Origin: Torpedo marmorata
Taxonomy: Eukaryota
Assembly (NCBI GenBank): GCA_977017645.1
Contig: OZ360241.1
Coordinates: forward strand, 34,472,001-34,536,000
Direction: 5' to 3'
Length of the DNA stretch: 64,000 nt
The notes beneath the pieces were generated by a model. It was given only the letters and a program-made list of their open reading frames with translations. It did no database searches and had not been told where the DNA came from. Below, piece by piece: positions 24,201-40,100 of this stretch. A program made the translations under genes and the position numbers. Positions within the stretch are counted from its first letter, which is position 1. Every line of letters begins with the position of its first letter.

Positions 24201-27200
24201 TCCTCCGCCCTTCAGTAAGATCATGGCTGATCTCGCTGTGGTCTCAACTTACCTGCCTTTTCTCCATAACCTTTCATTCACCTATTATGTAAAAATCTAC
24301 CTAACTTCATCTTAAATATATTTAATGAGGCAGCCTCTACTGCTTCCTTGGGCAGAGAATTAAGTGCTGATTTAAATATTCAAATTGGGCCCAACTGTGT
24401 CACAGCAACAATAGTCAATATTATCTTCCCCTTATTCACCTCACCTTGTTTCTATCCCCCACTACACATGGGAGGAGGTTGTCCTGTTGAAACCATCCCA
24501 ATATTTATGCTTCTGCCATTACTTGGCTACCCCGCAGAGTCTATTCAACAAGACTCAGGAGTGCAATAAGGGATATTAACATCTCATCCTACATAACATA
24601 TCACTAAAAATTACTTCCAATATGCAGCCGGAGCTGAGACTTGGTAGTGAAGTGCAGGTTCACTTCAGTCAGATGTGTGTAAATTGGAGGAGTGGAGGTT
24701 CAGCACAGCTGGAGTATGGACCAACATTATATTCACATAGTTATCAGTACATTTATAGGTAAAGTAAAGACTGCCTTCCTGTTCCATGGCCATTGGTGTA
24801 CAATGTGAATTAACTATCTTGTGCTGCAGAATTATCATCCATTTCAACACCACCAGTAACGGAAACATCTTCCTCATCAATTCAAACATTTACAAATGTA
24901 CATGGGTCAAGTTCAGCAATAATAATGACCTCCAATGAAGCATCCAGCCTGATAACAGGTGAAGAAAGGATTTCTGGAGAGATGTTACCATTACCTTGGT
25001 GTTTCTGCCCAGAAAGCACATTTTAATGCAATCATTTAAAATTCTTATTTGAATTGAAATATCCCTTCAGTTTAAAAAATATGTAGGTCAAGATCAAACC
25101 AGGGTCCCTGGAGCTGTGAAGCAAGAGCACTAATTGTACTTCATGATATCATTGTGGTGTAAAATTGGGGGAATATGCCATGCAATAATCCCAATAGATT
25201 GAAAGAGACAAATGATTCATTTGAAAGACCGAGTCTCAATTTTATTGGGAAAGTGAGCTGCAGTCTGCTGATCCAGACCATACACCCTGGGCCAGAAAGA
25301 AGCAAGAATGACAGGAATGCATAATGTTTCTGTGGAAACTGAATGGATGTCTTATCATGATATTTTGAAGGCTTGGCCACATTTATGAGGTTCAGCATGC
25401 CGCAGGTGGGCATATAGACACTTTTGAATGGAATTAAATTGGGAAGCTTTGCATGTTTCCAGTGAAGGCAATGAATTCTTGGGATTATAGGAAGATCGGA
25501 CAAATTTACTGACCTTTTTGGAAATGAAAAAGGAAGGTTCTTCTTTGGATCTCCTTTAATTTTCATTATCCTATTTGAACAAGGTTTTTCGTTTAAACTT
25601 AATTTTACTTTGTATCTCTTTCTATTTTAGTGGAACCCCCGATTGTACCTAAGACGGTCAAACCAATCGAAACTCAGAGAAAACTATTTAACATCACATT
25701 CAATGTGCTAACACTACCATTCACAGCAAGTCTACAAAATTTGAGTTCCCCATTATATCAGAATGAAGCACGGAACATTCTTAATGAGGTAAACATAGTA
25801 TGTATGATATGGATAGAAAATGTGATATTTCATTTTACTTTTTATACTAAAATGTGACATTTTAATTTCCTGCAGCTCAATAATCTGTATGCCAACAGCA
25901 ATGTAAATTTGACATTCTCTAGATGTCAGTCTGTATCTTTCAGGTGAGTAATTATTACTTTGAAAGTTCCAAATTAGCATGAATACAAACATATATTCAT
26001 GCAAAACAGTCTGTATTTTGAATATTACTAAGAACAAGCCACACTACCCTCTCTGCCACAATCTTATGAGTTAATTTCCTAAGTGCATTATCATACTCAA
26101 GTGTTGATTTATATCTTGATTAATGCTGACAGTTCTGACTTGAATTACTGGCATGGAGCAATTTAATTCGCATTAAGTCAGCAGCCTCAGACAAACCCGG
26201 ACATACTGGATATAGACAGCTTTGGAAAGTCCAAATTTGTCAATTCACTCCAACATTCACGTTGACATGGAGTTTATTGGTGCCAGTCTTGCTAAGAGAT
26301 GCCAGCATTTTGCTGGGCAGTAGCCTCCTGGATACTGTGGAAGTTTAAACCTGGGACAGTACTTGAGAACCAGCTGATATCATTGGGAGTTGTAGGGCTA
26401 GAGAATAGGAAACGGGAAAAGATAAGTTTGTTATGATTAATTTAATGAACCATTTTCCATATTTAAAATATTATAACTTTTTTTACAAATCATTTGCTCT
26501 ATTTTTCATTAATTTTAAATATCTTGGGAGAACACAGAAATTTACAGACTATTGAAATACTCTTACAGTTTTTACAGCCAACATCACAACAGGCAGAATT
26601 GTCAATAGTTGCCGTGGTGCTTTGTAGGTGGGGCTTGCTCACTGTGTCACTTTAGGCCCCACCACCATTTGGACTGGGCTGACAGAGTCCTGGGATTCCT
26701 CAGGTCAACCAGACCTGAGAAGTACAGAGATGGGGAGATAACAGGCAGTGATGCCAGGCTAGTGGATTGGTTCACTAGTGGATTGGTCCAGCAAGACCTG
26801 AACTATCATGTAATATCATCTTATTGGAGAAAAATAATCATACAGAAAACTGAAAGCATTGAAAATACTCAGCAGGTTCGGCAATATGTACGAAGAGAGA
26901 AACTATATCAGCATTTCAGGTTGATTACTGAATAAATGTTCAGTTGATTTTAGAAATCTATCCTTTGAATGATGTCTATAATAATACCGGTATATCTTGA
27001 TACCATTATCTGGTATTCAATTATTTGGTTTTGGTTGAAAAATTTATAACAAATTATAAATTACAGATCTGCCAGTGACGGTAATAGCACAGTTGAGGCA
27101 ATATGTATTTTCAAAATCCTTGCTTCTGGCCAGAAAGTCAATAAAGTTCAACTCTACCGTGAATTTCAAAACAACTCAGAGGATATCACCATCTTGGGAT

Positions 27201-30200
27201 CATATAGACTGGACAGCAACAGCCTTTTTGTGGATGGTATATTCATATTAATTAAATATCCATTTATTTTTACACTGTTACCTATTGGTATTTTTATTTT
27301 CATGTACCTCTCTCCCAAATTGTTATTCCCAAATCTCTCTTTTCCTTGTGATGTTCTCACCTGCTTCATTCTCATTCCTGGTTTTCAGGGCTGCTCTTGT
27401 TCTGCTGCCTGTCCCTCCCTGTCTGCTGCCTGCCCCTCTTGTTCTGCTGCCTGTCCCTCCCTGTCAGCTGCCTGTCCCTCTTGTTCAGGTGCCTGTCCCT
27501 CCCAGTCTGCTGCCTGCCCCTCTTGTTCAGGTGCCTGTCCCTCGCAGTCTGCTGCCTGCCCCTCTTGTTCAGGTGCCTGTCCCTCGCTGTCTGCTGCCTG
27601 TCCCTTCCTGTCTGATGACTGTCCCTCGCTGTCTGCTGCCTGTTCCTTCCTGTCTGATGCCTGTCCCTCCCTGTCTGATGCTAGTCCCCCCCTCTCTGTG
27701 CCTATCCCTCCCTGCCTGCTGCCTGTCATCTAAGGCTGAGCATAAAATAAATTTCCTCACTCAAAAGTATTACAAACTTTTGCATTTTTTCCCTGTCATC
27801 TCCCATCATTAAACACATTGAAGATTTTGATTAATAGATACTTGAATACTACATAAATCAAGAAGAGAGTGATTGGGTGAAGAAATAGAGTTGACATGAA
27901 TCATCAGCCATGGTTCAATAAGAATGGCAGAGCTGGCTCTAAAGGGCAAATGGTTTGTTCTTGCTCAGCCTCTCCTTTCATTGCTGCCTGATCTGTTAAC
28001 TCCTCTTGTCTCTTGCTCTGCTAGCCCATGCTCTTAAAGTCCTGGCCTGTTGCCAGATATTCATGCCTGACTTGCTATCTCTGCTTTTCTATTGCTCCCA
28101 TGACCTTGAGTGCATGTGAATCTGGTAACATTCTCCCCATCAAAATCATAAGTAATTGCAACTTATTGAAAAGCAGTTTAACGAACTTAAGTCATGCTTT
28201 TCAAACAGGATTTTATTTTTTTCAGGTTACCACGAGTCAGCCGTTTTAACAAGTAAGTGTAATCATTTGATCTCTCTTTAGTTAACATTACCTGAACAAG
28301 ATGAAAATGAACTTGGACAATACTTCTCCACAAAATTAAAAGTGAACAAGTCATACAAGTAACTTCACAGTAGCCTAGTCTGAGACAGGGATCACATTCT
28401 TTGTTTGGGAGGCTTAGTAAAATCTTATAGATGTATCTCAAACATAGAAAATGTATCTGAATCTCAACAGAACATTAGGAGCAGCTTCTACAAACTGATG
28501 CAGACAATTCCATCTCCTACAAGGGGAGTTCTGGTTGAAATTACACAAATAATGGACAAACTACAGGATTTCAACAGTATAGAATGTAATTTAACAACGT
28601 ACAATAGAGACCAACAACATGCTAAATTACACTCCTACATAATAGAAATTCCCAGGTCAACTATCTTCTGGATGGGTTACAAAAATATCAGGAACAGGAC
28701 TTTTTATTATCCTTGGTTGAACATTTTCTCCTTAATGTTAACAGCAAAACCACCAATTCAGACCACATCTCCAGTTTTCCCGATGAATCCCTTTGAATTT
28801 AACGTGACCTTCGTTATAACTAACTTGGCCTCAACAGTGGACTTACAAAATCCAAATTCTTCGTTGTTCAAATCTGCTACACGTCTTATTGTTGCCCAGG
28901 TCAGTTGACAATTTAATGATTGAGACAATTAAATGATTACTTGTACTTTATTTCATCTAACAATCCAACGGTTACTTTCCCACAGCTCAGCCAAATGTAT
29001 AACGACAGTAATATCCAAAAAACATTCTCAAGCTGCAAAGTTCTCTCGTTCAGGTAAGGGATCTTGATAATCATCCTTATAAGTTCATGCTTCAACAGTG
29101 TGTTTTTAGTTTTGTAAAATGACTTGAAACTGCAAAAGCATTCCCATTTGCCCATGATAATTCCATCGTAAAAGTGGAAGGTTACATAAGATATTGATTC
29201 TGTGAAAATTGATTTGAAAAGCAAATTCGTGCATTTGCAGAGAGTAACACAATGTCCATGCTGGTGCTTGCAAATTCCTCATGTGCCAAATGCATAATTG
29301 TGAGCAGGAGAGTGGATGTGCACTGCCACATCCTGAGGAGGTAAGCAAACATCAGCACAGCACTTCCAGATTCCACAGGACATCTGCATGTTCCAAAGAT
29401 ATTGCTCTCTACTCAGGCAAGTGCTGCCCTTGAGTGCTTGTTAGTCCAGCCACAACATTACTTGAGGGGAACAAGCTCCTGCTCCATCGATAACAGTATA
29501 GGCGTATATAGGGTATGGCAGCCAGGGCACGTGCCCTGGGTTCCACTTGAAGGGGGGGTGTCACTGTCCTCACTTCTCCCGCCGATCCTAGCCCCGGCCG
29601 TCCATCCGTTTCCACCCCCCCCCACCCATCTCACTCCAGACGACGCCTGACCGTCCCAGGATCGAGCTGTGTGTCGCTATTTTTGGCATACTTTTCAATT
29701 TAAAAAGGTGTAAAATTTGCTAAAAGTATAACTTTTGAAATAATGTGCATATAATGGAATTTCGAGAAATAAAAGAAACTGAAAACAATATAAAAAAGCG
29801 AATTAAAAACCAATTTCAAAGAAAAAGTGAAGCCAAGGGGCAGGCTTCAAATAATTTTTTGCATTTGGCTTTTTTAAATCCAAGCGCCTTGATAATCATT
29901 TTACCCATTGAAAGAGTACAAGATCTTTCGGTGTTAAGGCTTGAGTCTTGATAGAGTTTCAGCTCGAAAAGTCGACAATTATTTTTCTCCCGCTGATGCT
30001 TGACCCGCTGAGTTCGTCCAGTAAATTATATTTAGATATAGATTACAGCATCTGCAGTCTCCTGTGTGACTTTAGTTCCCTTGCTGTTTGCAAGAGTTAC
30101 AATAAAACTCTGCAAACCGCTAATTGTTTGGCATATGGTTGAAAAGTGACTTTTACAGGACTCCTTCCAAACTCTTTGAGGACCCCGTTCACGTGTTTCC

Positions 30201-31062
30201 TTGACTAATTGGGCTGTTACCATTGGAACTAAACCACGGCCCTATTACTTGCACTCACTTGAAATTCTCAGGGGTTCTGTTTCCACCACACTCCCTTGAA
30301 CTTCATTGGGCCACTGTTTCCAATGCTCGCTATAAACTCTCTTGTTTCATTGGAAAATGTATTATTCCACTGTGTATCATCTTTAAAACGTGAATTAAAA
30401 GTGTGTTGGTGTGTGAAAAGGGTAATATACTATAATCTGAAGAATTACCATTTCACCACTGTATTGTGAAGGATCGTGGCTGTCACGTGACAGCAATGCC
30501 CACTAACTGGTTGGAAAATACACCACCTGACAATGAAGGTTTGGCCCCGCCCCACACATTAGTGCACCCCTTGCCGTTGGCCAATTTAAATCCCTTTGTA
30601 CTTGGCCTTGGGCCATTGGCCTTTGTAATCGGCTTAACCGTAATGGCACCGAGCCATTGGCCCCCTGTAAATTACCTGGTCTGGACTTCCCAGCCCACCT
30701 GTACTTGGCCTTGGGTCATTGGCTGTTGTAATTGGCTTAACCATGCTGGCACCGAGCCATTGGCCTCCTGTAAATGACCTGGGCTGGACCCAACGCCCCA
30801 GCCCAGCCCTCCAGCACTATAAAGGGCGCAACGTGTGCTCGAATCGCCCTCTCTGCCATCTTGGGATCACCCTGCTTCACTCCAGTCCGAGAACTGTGGA
30901 ACGGCGCTGGAGAAATTGTTGGTAAGATGTGCACTCTGTTAAAGGGTTGGGAATGTTTAATTTGTGTCCCTAGTACTAGTACCATAGAGCCGTGCCTGCA
31001 CTGAGTAAAGGGGTGGCAGACATCGTATTGGTTTTCCTTGATTGTTGTATGTACCCAGTTCG

Positions 31063-31132
<70 letters not shown>

Positions 31133-34100
31133 TTCATCCCCGCTGCGATTTTCCCTCGTTCGTCTATAAATTGTACGCGTGTGTTTCATTGCCGATGCGA
31201 TTTTCCCACGCTCGCTATAAATTGTGTGCGTGAGTTTATTGCCGGTGCGACTTTCCCACATTCGCAATAAATTGTACGCATATGTGTAAGTACGTTTTAA
31301 CGGGTAGGATGCAATTTCAGTGCTTGCCATAGGTGCTATTTTCCCTAGATACGCCACTGGATAACAGTGCCCGAAAATACATCCAATTCTCTGACATGTA
31401 ATGTGCTTCCCCAATATCATAACTCAATCTTGTGCAAAAGTATTACTTTTTTCTGAGCAAATAACTTTTCAGAACAAATTAATTTCTCAGAAACACAACA
31501 ACACGAGAAGGCATGGACTTATATGGCAAATCTAATTCAAACTAATGGTTTAAACTATTTCAGAATATCAACAGAAATTGATATTACTTGAAATAAATTG
31601 ATAACATGGATGATATCTCTGCCCCAACATTTTAAATGAATCCAGAAAAATGTATGAAATCTTAAGTCATGCATTTGCAGGTTACTTGAATTGTCTCTCC
31701 ATCTATTCCACAGCCCAGGAAATGCACAAAGCACCAGAGTGTATGCAAACTGCACTTTCAGCAATGACTCTGATCCTCAGGAGGTTAACAGTGTTACATT
31801 GTACAACGAGTTCAGAAAGGATTCCAATGGCATCACCTCCTTTCCACCGTATTCACTCGACAGTAACAGCCTCTATGTGAATGGTATTTATCACCAAAAG
31901 GAATTGCCTATTCTTTTCTGATTTATTACACAACAGTGACCAAATGCAAAAAAATTATTAAATTTTCAATTTTATTCCTTTATTTAATGATATTTCACCT
32001 GCTACATGAAGACTATCCTTTATTGTTTCAGGTTACCATGAATCCACGCTCTCAACCAGTGAGTACAGTTTTGTTTCTATATTTCACGACATCTTCCCTT
32101 TTTACCAGTAGGTAATCACTATAAATATCCTGCATTAAATACTCCCTAAATGTGGTCAAATTACAGAATCTCCTTGGTCATGATGCATTGATGGCAAGTG
32201 TGTAACAATAGAAAGACAATGTGATGTGACCATCCCAATGCCAACAATGCTTTCAGCACCGTTGCTGGCCATACATTCCTTCGTGAATCATAAAACAGTG
32301 ACCTTTATTACGGCCCCCAGAATGGTGCAGTAATGCAGTCACCCTTCCATCTGTGTTTGTACCATGTTGCACTGCTTATGGGCCTTCTTGCTCTACAAAA
32401 CGCAAAGGAAATGAACGAGTGTTTTGATGCGTGGACGAGGATCAGCACAGAAGGCTGAGGGGTGACCTTAGTGAGATATATAAAATAATGAGCGACATGA
32501 ATAAAGTGAATGCTCAGTCTTTTTTTTACAGTGAGAGGAGAGGGATTTAAGAGGGACCTGAAGGACAACTTTTTTCACTCAAATGATAATCTGTGTCTGG
32601 AACAAGCTGCCAGAGGAAGCTATAGAATGGAACCATTTAAAAGACTACTGCATTTGCTCTTCTGTTACTTAATCTTTCCTCATATAATTACTATTCCAGC
32701 AACAAACAAAGCATCATCAAGTGCACAAACAACCACCATTGCAATGGCTTCTACATCGGCTCCGACAATAACTTCAGAAGCATTCATGACAAGCAGCACT
32801 GGTGAATTTATGACTGAATCTGGCACTGCTTTCACTGCAACACCATCTGCAACCACTGGTGAGTACTGTGTGACATAGTGAAAGGAATCGCTCTCAGTCC
32901 ATTTCACATTATGTCATCCTGAAATAATTGAGATGCAACTGATCAAGGCTTTCATCCACTTTGCTTCATAAATTCCAGTGAAAAGCAAATGTGAATAACA
33001 TTTCCTGCTTTCTTCTGTTCAAAGAGGAAAGCTGACTCGGCTTTCCAAGTATTCAACACATTATTGTATTGAAACAGAAAACTAGAATTGCACCTCATTT
33101 GCAATTTCTGCATTTGCTCTTCTGACCTTAAACCTTCCCTCAACATTACATCTCCACTATTCTAGCAACAACTGAAACATTGAGAAGTTCAGAGATAACA
33201 TCAACAACAACAGAAATGACAACTATAGGCCGCACTAGTGCATTAACAACTGAAACTACATCCACCTCCACGACAGCATCATCTACAACAATAGATGCGT
33301 ACTGTACAACAAAGTGATGGGAAATAACATCAGTTCATTTCACCTCATGTAATTCGGAAACAACTGATGACAACTGATGATTTTTTGGACTGACGAGATG
33401 GATGCTGGCATGAAATAAGTCAAGTCATAAGAAACAGGAGTAAAACATGAACGTCTGCAGACACCGTGGTTGAAGTAAAAACACAATGCTGGAGAAACTC
33501 AGCAGGTCAAACTTTATATGGCAAAGATAAAGATACATAACCAACGTTTCGGGCTTGAGCCCTTCATCAAGGAATGGAAAAATGTCGGCAGCCACCCAAA
33601 TATACCCAATTGACCTACATCCACTGTACATTTTTGAACAGTGGGAGGAAACTGGAGGAAACCCATGCAGACACAGGGAGAACGAACAAACTCCTGACAG
33701 ACAGCATGCGATTCGAACCATGGTTCCAGTCGCTGGCGCTGGAGCAGCGTTGTGCTAACCACTACGCTAACTGTGTCACGCTTTGTAGGCAGGCACCATA
33801 ACCAATATTTCGGACTTGAGCCCTTCGTCAAGGTATGATCAAAATGTAGGCAGGAGCCCGAGTTCAGGCACCTGTCTACTTTATGCTCATACCTTGATGA
33901 AGGGCTCAAGCCTGAAACATTGGTTATGTATCTTTATCTTTGCTACATGAAGTACACTGTTTATCCTGCTGGGTTTCTCCAGCATTGTGTTTTACTCATA
34001 AGAAACATGATCAGGAGTCGCCCATATTGCCTGACGAGCCTCCTCCGCCCTTCAGTAAGATCATGGCTGATCTAGCTGTGGTCTCAACTTACCTGCCTTT

Positions 34101-37100
34101 TCTCCATAACCTTTCATTCACCTATTATGTAAAAATCTACCTAACTTCATCTTAAATATATTTAATGAGGCAGCCTCTACTGCTTCCTTGGGCAGAGAAT
34201 TTAGTGCTGATTTAAATATTCAAATTGGGCCCAACTGTGTCACAGCAACAATAGTCAATATTATCTTCCCCTTATTCACCTCACCTTGTTTCTATCCCCC
34301 ACTACACATGGGAGGAGGTTGTCCTGTTGAAACCATCCCAATATTTATGCTTCTGCCATTACTTGGCTACCCCGCAGAGTCTATTCAACAAGACTCAGGA
34401 GTGCAATAAGGGATATTAACATCTCATCGTACATAACATATCACTAAAAATTACTTCCAATATGCAGCCGGAGCTGAGACTTGGTAGTGAAGTGCAGGTT
34501 CACTTCAGTCAGATGTGTGTAAATTGGAGGAGTGGAGGTTCAGCACAGCTGGAGTATGGACCAACATTATATTCACATAGTTATCAGTACATTTATAGGT
34601 AAAGTAAAGACAGCCATCCTGTTCCATGGTCATTGGTGTAATAATGTGAATTAACTATCTTGTGCTGCAGAATTATCATCCATTTCAATACCACCAGTAA
34701 CGGAAACATCTTCCTCATCAATTCAAACATTTACAAATGTACATGGGTCAAGTTCAGCAATAATAGTGACCTCCAATGAAGCATCCAGCCTGATAACAGG
34801 TGAAGAAAGGATTTCTGGAGAGATGTTACCATTACCTTGGTGTTTCTGCCCAGAAAGCACATTTTAATGCAATCATTTAAAACTCTTATTTGAATTGAAA
34901 TATCCCTTCAGTTTAAAAAATATGTAGGTCAAGATCAAACCAGGGTCCCTGGAGCTGTGAAGCAAGAGCACTAATTGTACTTCATGATATCATTGTGGTG
35001 TAAAATTGGGGGAATATGCCATGCAATAATCCCAATAGGTTTAAAGAGACAAATGATTCATTTGAAAGACCGAGTCTCAATTTTATTGGGAAAGTGAGCT
35101 GCAGTCTGCTGATCCAGACCATACACCCTGGGCCAGAAAGAAGCAAGAATGACAGGAATGCATAATGTTTCTGTGGAAACTGAATGGATGTCTTACCATG
35201 ATATTTTGAAGGCTTGGCCACATTTATGAGGTTCAGCATGCCGCAGGTGGGCATATAGACACTTTTGAATGGAATTAAATTGGGAAGCTTTGCATGTTTC
35301 CAGTGAAGGCAATGAATTCTTGGGATTATAGGAAGATCGGACAAATTTACTGACCTTTTTGGAAATGAAAAAGGAAGGTTCTTCTTTGGATCTCCTTTAA
35401 TTTTCATTATCCTATTTGAACAAGGTTTTTCGTTTAAACTTAATTTTACTTTGTATCTCTTTCTATTTTAGTGGAACCCCCGATTGTACCTAAGACGGTC
35501 AAACCAATCGAAACTCAGAGAAAACTATTTAACATCACATTCAATGTGCTAACACTACCATTCACAGCAAGTCTACAAAATTTGAGTTCCCCATTATATC
35601 AGAATGAAGCACGGAACATTCTTAATGAGGTAAACATAGTATGTATGATATGGATAGAAAATGTGATATTTCATTTTACTTTTTATACTAAAATGTGACA
35701 TTTTAATTTCCTGCAGCTCAATAATCTGTATGCCAACAGCAATGTAAATTTGACATTCTCTAGATGTCAGTCTGTATCTTTCAGGTGAGTAATTATTACT
35801 TTGAAAGTTCCAAATTAGCATGAATACAAACATATATTCATGCAAAACAGTCTGTATTTTGAATATTACTAAGAACAAGCCACACTACCCTCTCTGCCAC
35901 AATCTTATGAGTTAATTTCCTAAGTGCATTATCATACTCAAGTGTTGATTTATATCTTGATTAATGCTGACAGTTCTGACTTGAATTACTGGCATGGAGC
36001 AATTTAATTCGCATTTAAGTCAGCAGCCTCAGACAAACCCGGACATACTGGATATAGACAGCTTTGGAAAGTCCAAATTTGTCAATTCACTCCAACATTC
36101 ACGTTGACATGGAGTTTATTGGTGCCAGTCTTGCTAAGAGATGCCAGCATTTTGCTGGGCAGTAGCCTCTTGGATACTGTGGAAGTTTAAACCTGGGACA
36201 GTACTTGAGAACCAGCTGATATCATTGGGAGTTGTAGGGCTAGAGAATAGGAAACGGGAAAAGATAAGTTTGTTATGATTAATTTAATGAACCATTTTCC
36301 ATATTTAAAATATTATAACTTTTTTTTACAAATCATTTGCTCTATTTTTCATTAATTTTAAATATCTTGGGAGAACACAGAAATTTACAGACTATTGAAA
36401 TACTCTCACAGTTTTTACAGCCAACATCACAACAGGCAGAATTGTCAATAGTTGCCGTGGTGCTTTGTAGGTGGGGCTTGCTCACTGTGTCACTTTAGGC
36501 CCCACCACCATTTGGACTGGGCTGACAGAGTCCTGGGATTCCTCAGGTCAACCAGACCTGAGAAGTACAGAGATGGGGAGATAACAGGCAGTGATGCCAG
36601 GCTAGTGGATTGGTTCACTAGTGGATTTGTCCAGCAAGACCTGAACTATCATGTAATATCATCTTATTGGAGAAAAATAATCATACAGAAAACTGAAAGC
36701 ATTGAAAATACTCAGCAGGTTCGGCAATATGTACGAAGAGAGAAACTATATCAGCATTTCAGGTTGATTACTGAATAAATGTTCAGTTGATTTTAGAAAT
36801 CTATCCTTTGAATGATGTCTATAATAATATATCTTGATACCATTATCTGGTATTCAATCATTTGGTTTTGGTTGAAAAATTTATAACAAATTATAAATTA
36901 CAGATCTGCCGGTGACGGTATTAGCACAGTTGAGGCAATATGTATTTTCAAAATCCCTGCTTCTGGCCAGAAAGTCAATAAAGTTCAACTCTACCGTGAA
37001 TTTCAAAACAACTCAGAGGATATCACCATCTTGGGATCATATAGACTGGACAGCAACAGCCTTTTTGTGGATGGTATATTCATATTAATTAAATATCCAT

Positions 37101-40100
37101 TTATTTTTACACTGTTACCTATTGGTATTTTTATTTTCATGTACCTCTCTCCCAAATTGTTATTCCCAAATCTCTCTTTTCCTTGTGATGTTCTCACCTC
37201 CTTCATTCTCATTCCTGGTTTTCAGGGCCGCTCTTCCTGTTCTGCTGCCTGCCCCTCCCAGTCTGCTGCCTGACCCTCCCTGTCTGCTGCCTGACCCTCC
37301 CTGTTTGCTGCCTGACCCTCCCTGTTTGCTGCCTGACCCTCCCTGTTTGCTGCCTGTCCCTCCCAGTCTGCTGCCTGCCCCTCTTGTTCAGGTGCCTGTC
37401 CCTCGCTGTCTGCTGCCTGTCTCTTCCTGTCTGATGACTGTCCCTCGCTGTCTGCTGCCTGTTCCTTCCTGTCTGATGCCTGTCCCTCCCTGTCTGATGC
37501 TAGTCCCCCCCCTCTCTGATGCCTATCCCTCCCTGCCTGCTGCCTGTCATCTAAGGCTGAGCATAAAATAAATTTCCTCACTCAAAAGTATTACAAACTT
37601 TTGAATTTTTTCCCTGTCATCTCCCATCATTAAACACATTGAAGATTTTGATTAATAGATACTTGAATACTACATAAATCAAGAAGAGAGTGATTGGGTG
37701 AAGAAATAGAGTTGACATGAATCATCAGCCATGGTTCAATAAGAATGGCAGAGCTGGCTCTAAAGGGCAAATGGTTTGTTCTTGCTCAGCCTCTCCTTTC
37801 ATTGCTGCCTGATCTGTTAACTCCTCTTGTCTCTTGCTCTGCTAGCCCATGCTCTTAAAGTCCTGGCCTGTTGCCAGATATTCATGCCTGACTTGCTATT
37901 TCTGCTTTTCTATTGCTCCCATGACCTTGAGTGCATGTGAATCTGGTAACATTCTCCCCATCAAAATCATAAGTAATTGCAACTTATTGAAAAGCAGTTT
38001 AACGAACTTAAGTCATGCTTTTCAAACAGGATTTTATTTTTTTCAGGTTACCACGAGTCAGCCGTTTTAACAAGTAAGTGTAATCATTTGATCTCTCTTT
38101 AGTTAACATTACCTGAACAAGATGAAAATGAACTTGGACAATACTTCTCCACAAAATTAAAAGTGAACAAGTCATACAAGTAACTTCACAGTAGCCTAGT
38201 CTGAGACAGGGATCACATTCTTTGTTTGGGAGGCTTAGTAAAATCTTATAGATGTATCTCAAACATAGAAAATGTATCTGAATCTCAACAGAACATTAGG
38301 AGCAGCTTCTACAAACTGATGCAGACAATTCCATCTCCTACAAGGGGGGTTCTGGTTGAAATTACACAAATAATGGACAAACTACAGGATTTCAACAGTA
38401 TAGAATGTAATTTAACAACGTACAATAGAGACCAACAACATGCTAAATTACACTCCTACATAATAGAAATTCCCAGGTCAACTATCTTCTGGATGGGTTA
38501 CAAAAATATCAGGAACAGGACTTTTTATTATCCTTGGTTGAACATTTTCTCCTTAATGTTAACAGCAAAACCACCAATTCAGACCACATCTCCAGTTTTC
38601 CCGATGAATCCCTTTGAATTTAACGTGACCTTCGTTATAACTAACTTGGCCTCAACAGTGGACTTACAAAATCCAAATTCTTCGTTGTTCAAATCTGCTA
38701 CACGTCTTATTGTTGCCCAGGTCAGTTGACAATTTAATGATTGAGACAATTAAATCATTACTTGTACTTTATTTCATCTAACAATCCAACGGTTACTTTC
38801 CCACAGCTCAGCCTAATGTATAACGACAGTAATATCCAAAAAACATTCTCAAGCTGCAAAGTTCTCTCGTTCAGGTAAGGGATCTTGATAATCATCCTTA
38901 TAAGTTCATGCTTCAACAGTGTGTTTTTAGTTTTGTAAAATGACTTGAAACTGCAAAAGCATTCCCATTTGCCCATGATAATTCCATCGTAAAAGTGGAA
39001 GGTTACATAAGATATTGATTCTGTGAAAATTGATTTGAAAAGCAAATTCGTGCATTTGCAGAGAGTAACACAATGTCCATGCTGGTGCTTGCAAATTCCT
39101 CATGTGCCAAATGCATAATTGTGAGCAGGAGAGTGGATGTGCACTGCCACATCCTGAGGAGGTAAGCAAACATCAGCACAGCACTTCCAGATTCCACAGG
39201 ACATCTGCATGTTCCAAAGATATTGCTCTCTACTCAGGCAAGTGCTGCCCTTGAGTGCTTGTTAGTCCAGCCACAACATTACTTGAGGGGAACAAGCTCC
39301 TGCTCCATCGATAACAGTATAGGCGTATATAGGGTATGGCAGCCAGGGCACGTGCCCTAGGTGCCACTTGAAGGGGGGGTGTCACTGTCCTCACTTCTCC
39401 CGCCGATCCTAGCCCCGGCCGTCCATCCGTTTCCACCCCCCCCCACCCATCTCACTCCAGACGACGCCTGACCGTCCCAGGATCGAGCTGTGTGTCGCTA
39501 TTTTTGGCATACTTTTCAATTTAAAAAGGTGTAAAATTTGCTAAAAGTATAACTTTTGAAATAATGTGCATATAATGGAATTTCGAGAAATAAAAGAAAC
39601 TGAAAACAATATAAAAAAGCGAATTAAAAACCAATTTCAAAGAAAAAGTGAAGCCAAGGGGCAGGCTTCAAATAATTTTTTGCATTTGGCTTTTTTAAAT
39701 CCAAGCGCCTTGATAATCATTTTACCCATTGAAAGAGTACAAGATCATTCGGTGTTAAGGCTTGAGTCTTGATAGAGTTTCAGCTCGAAAAGTCGACAAT
39801 TATTTTTCTCCCGCTGATGCTTGACCCGCTGAGTTCGTCCAGTAAATTATATTTAGATATAGATTACAGCATCTGCAGTCTCCTGTGTGACTTTAGTTCC
39901 CTTGCTGTTTGCAAGAGTTACAATAAAACTCTGCAAACCGCTAATTGTTTGGCATATGGTTGAAAAGTGACTTTTACAGGACTCCTTCCAAACTCTTTGA
40001 GGACCCCGTTCACGTGTTTCCTTGACTAATTGGGCTGTTACCATTGGAACTAAACCACGGCCCTATTACTTGCACTCACTTGAAATTCTCAGGGGTTCTG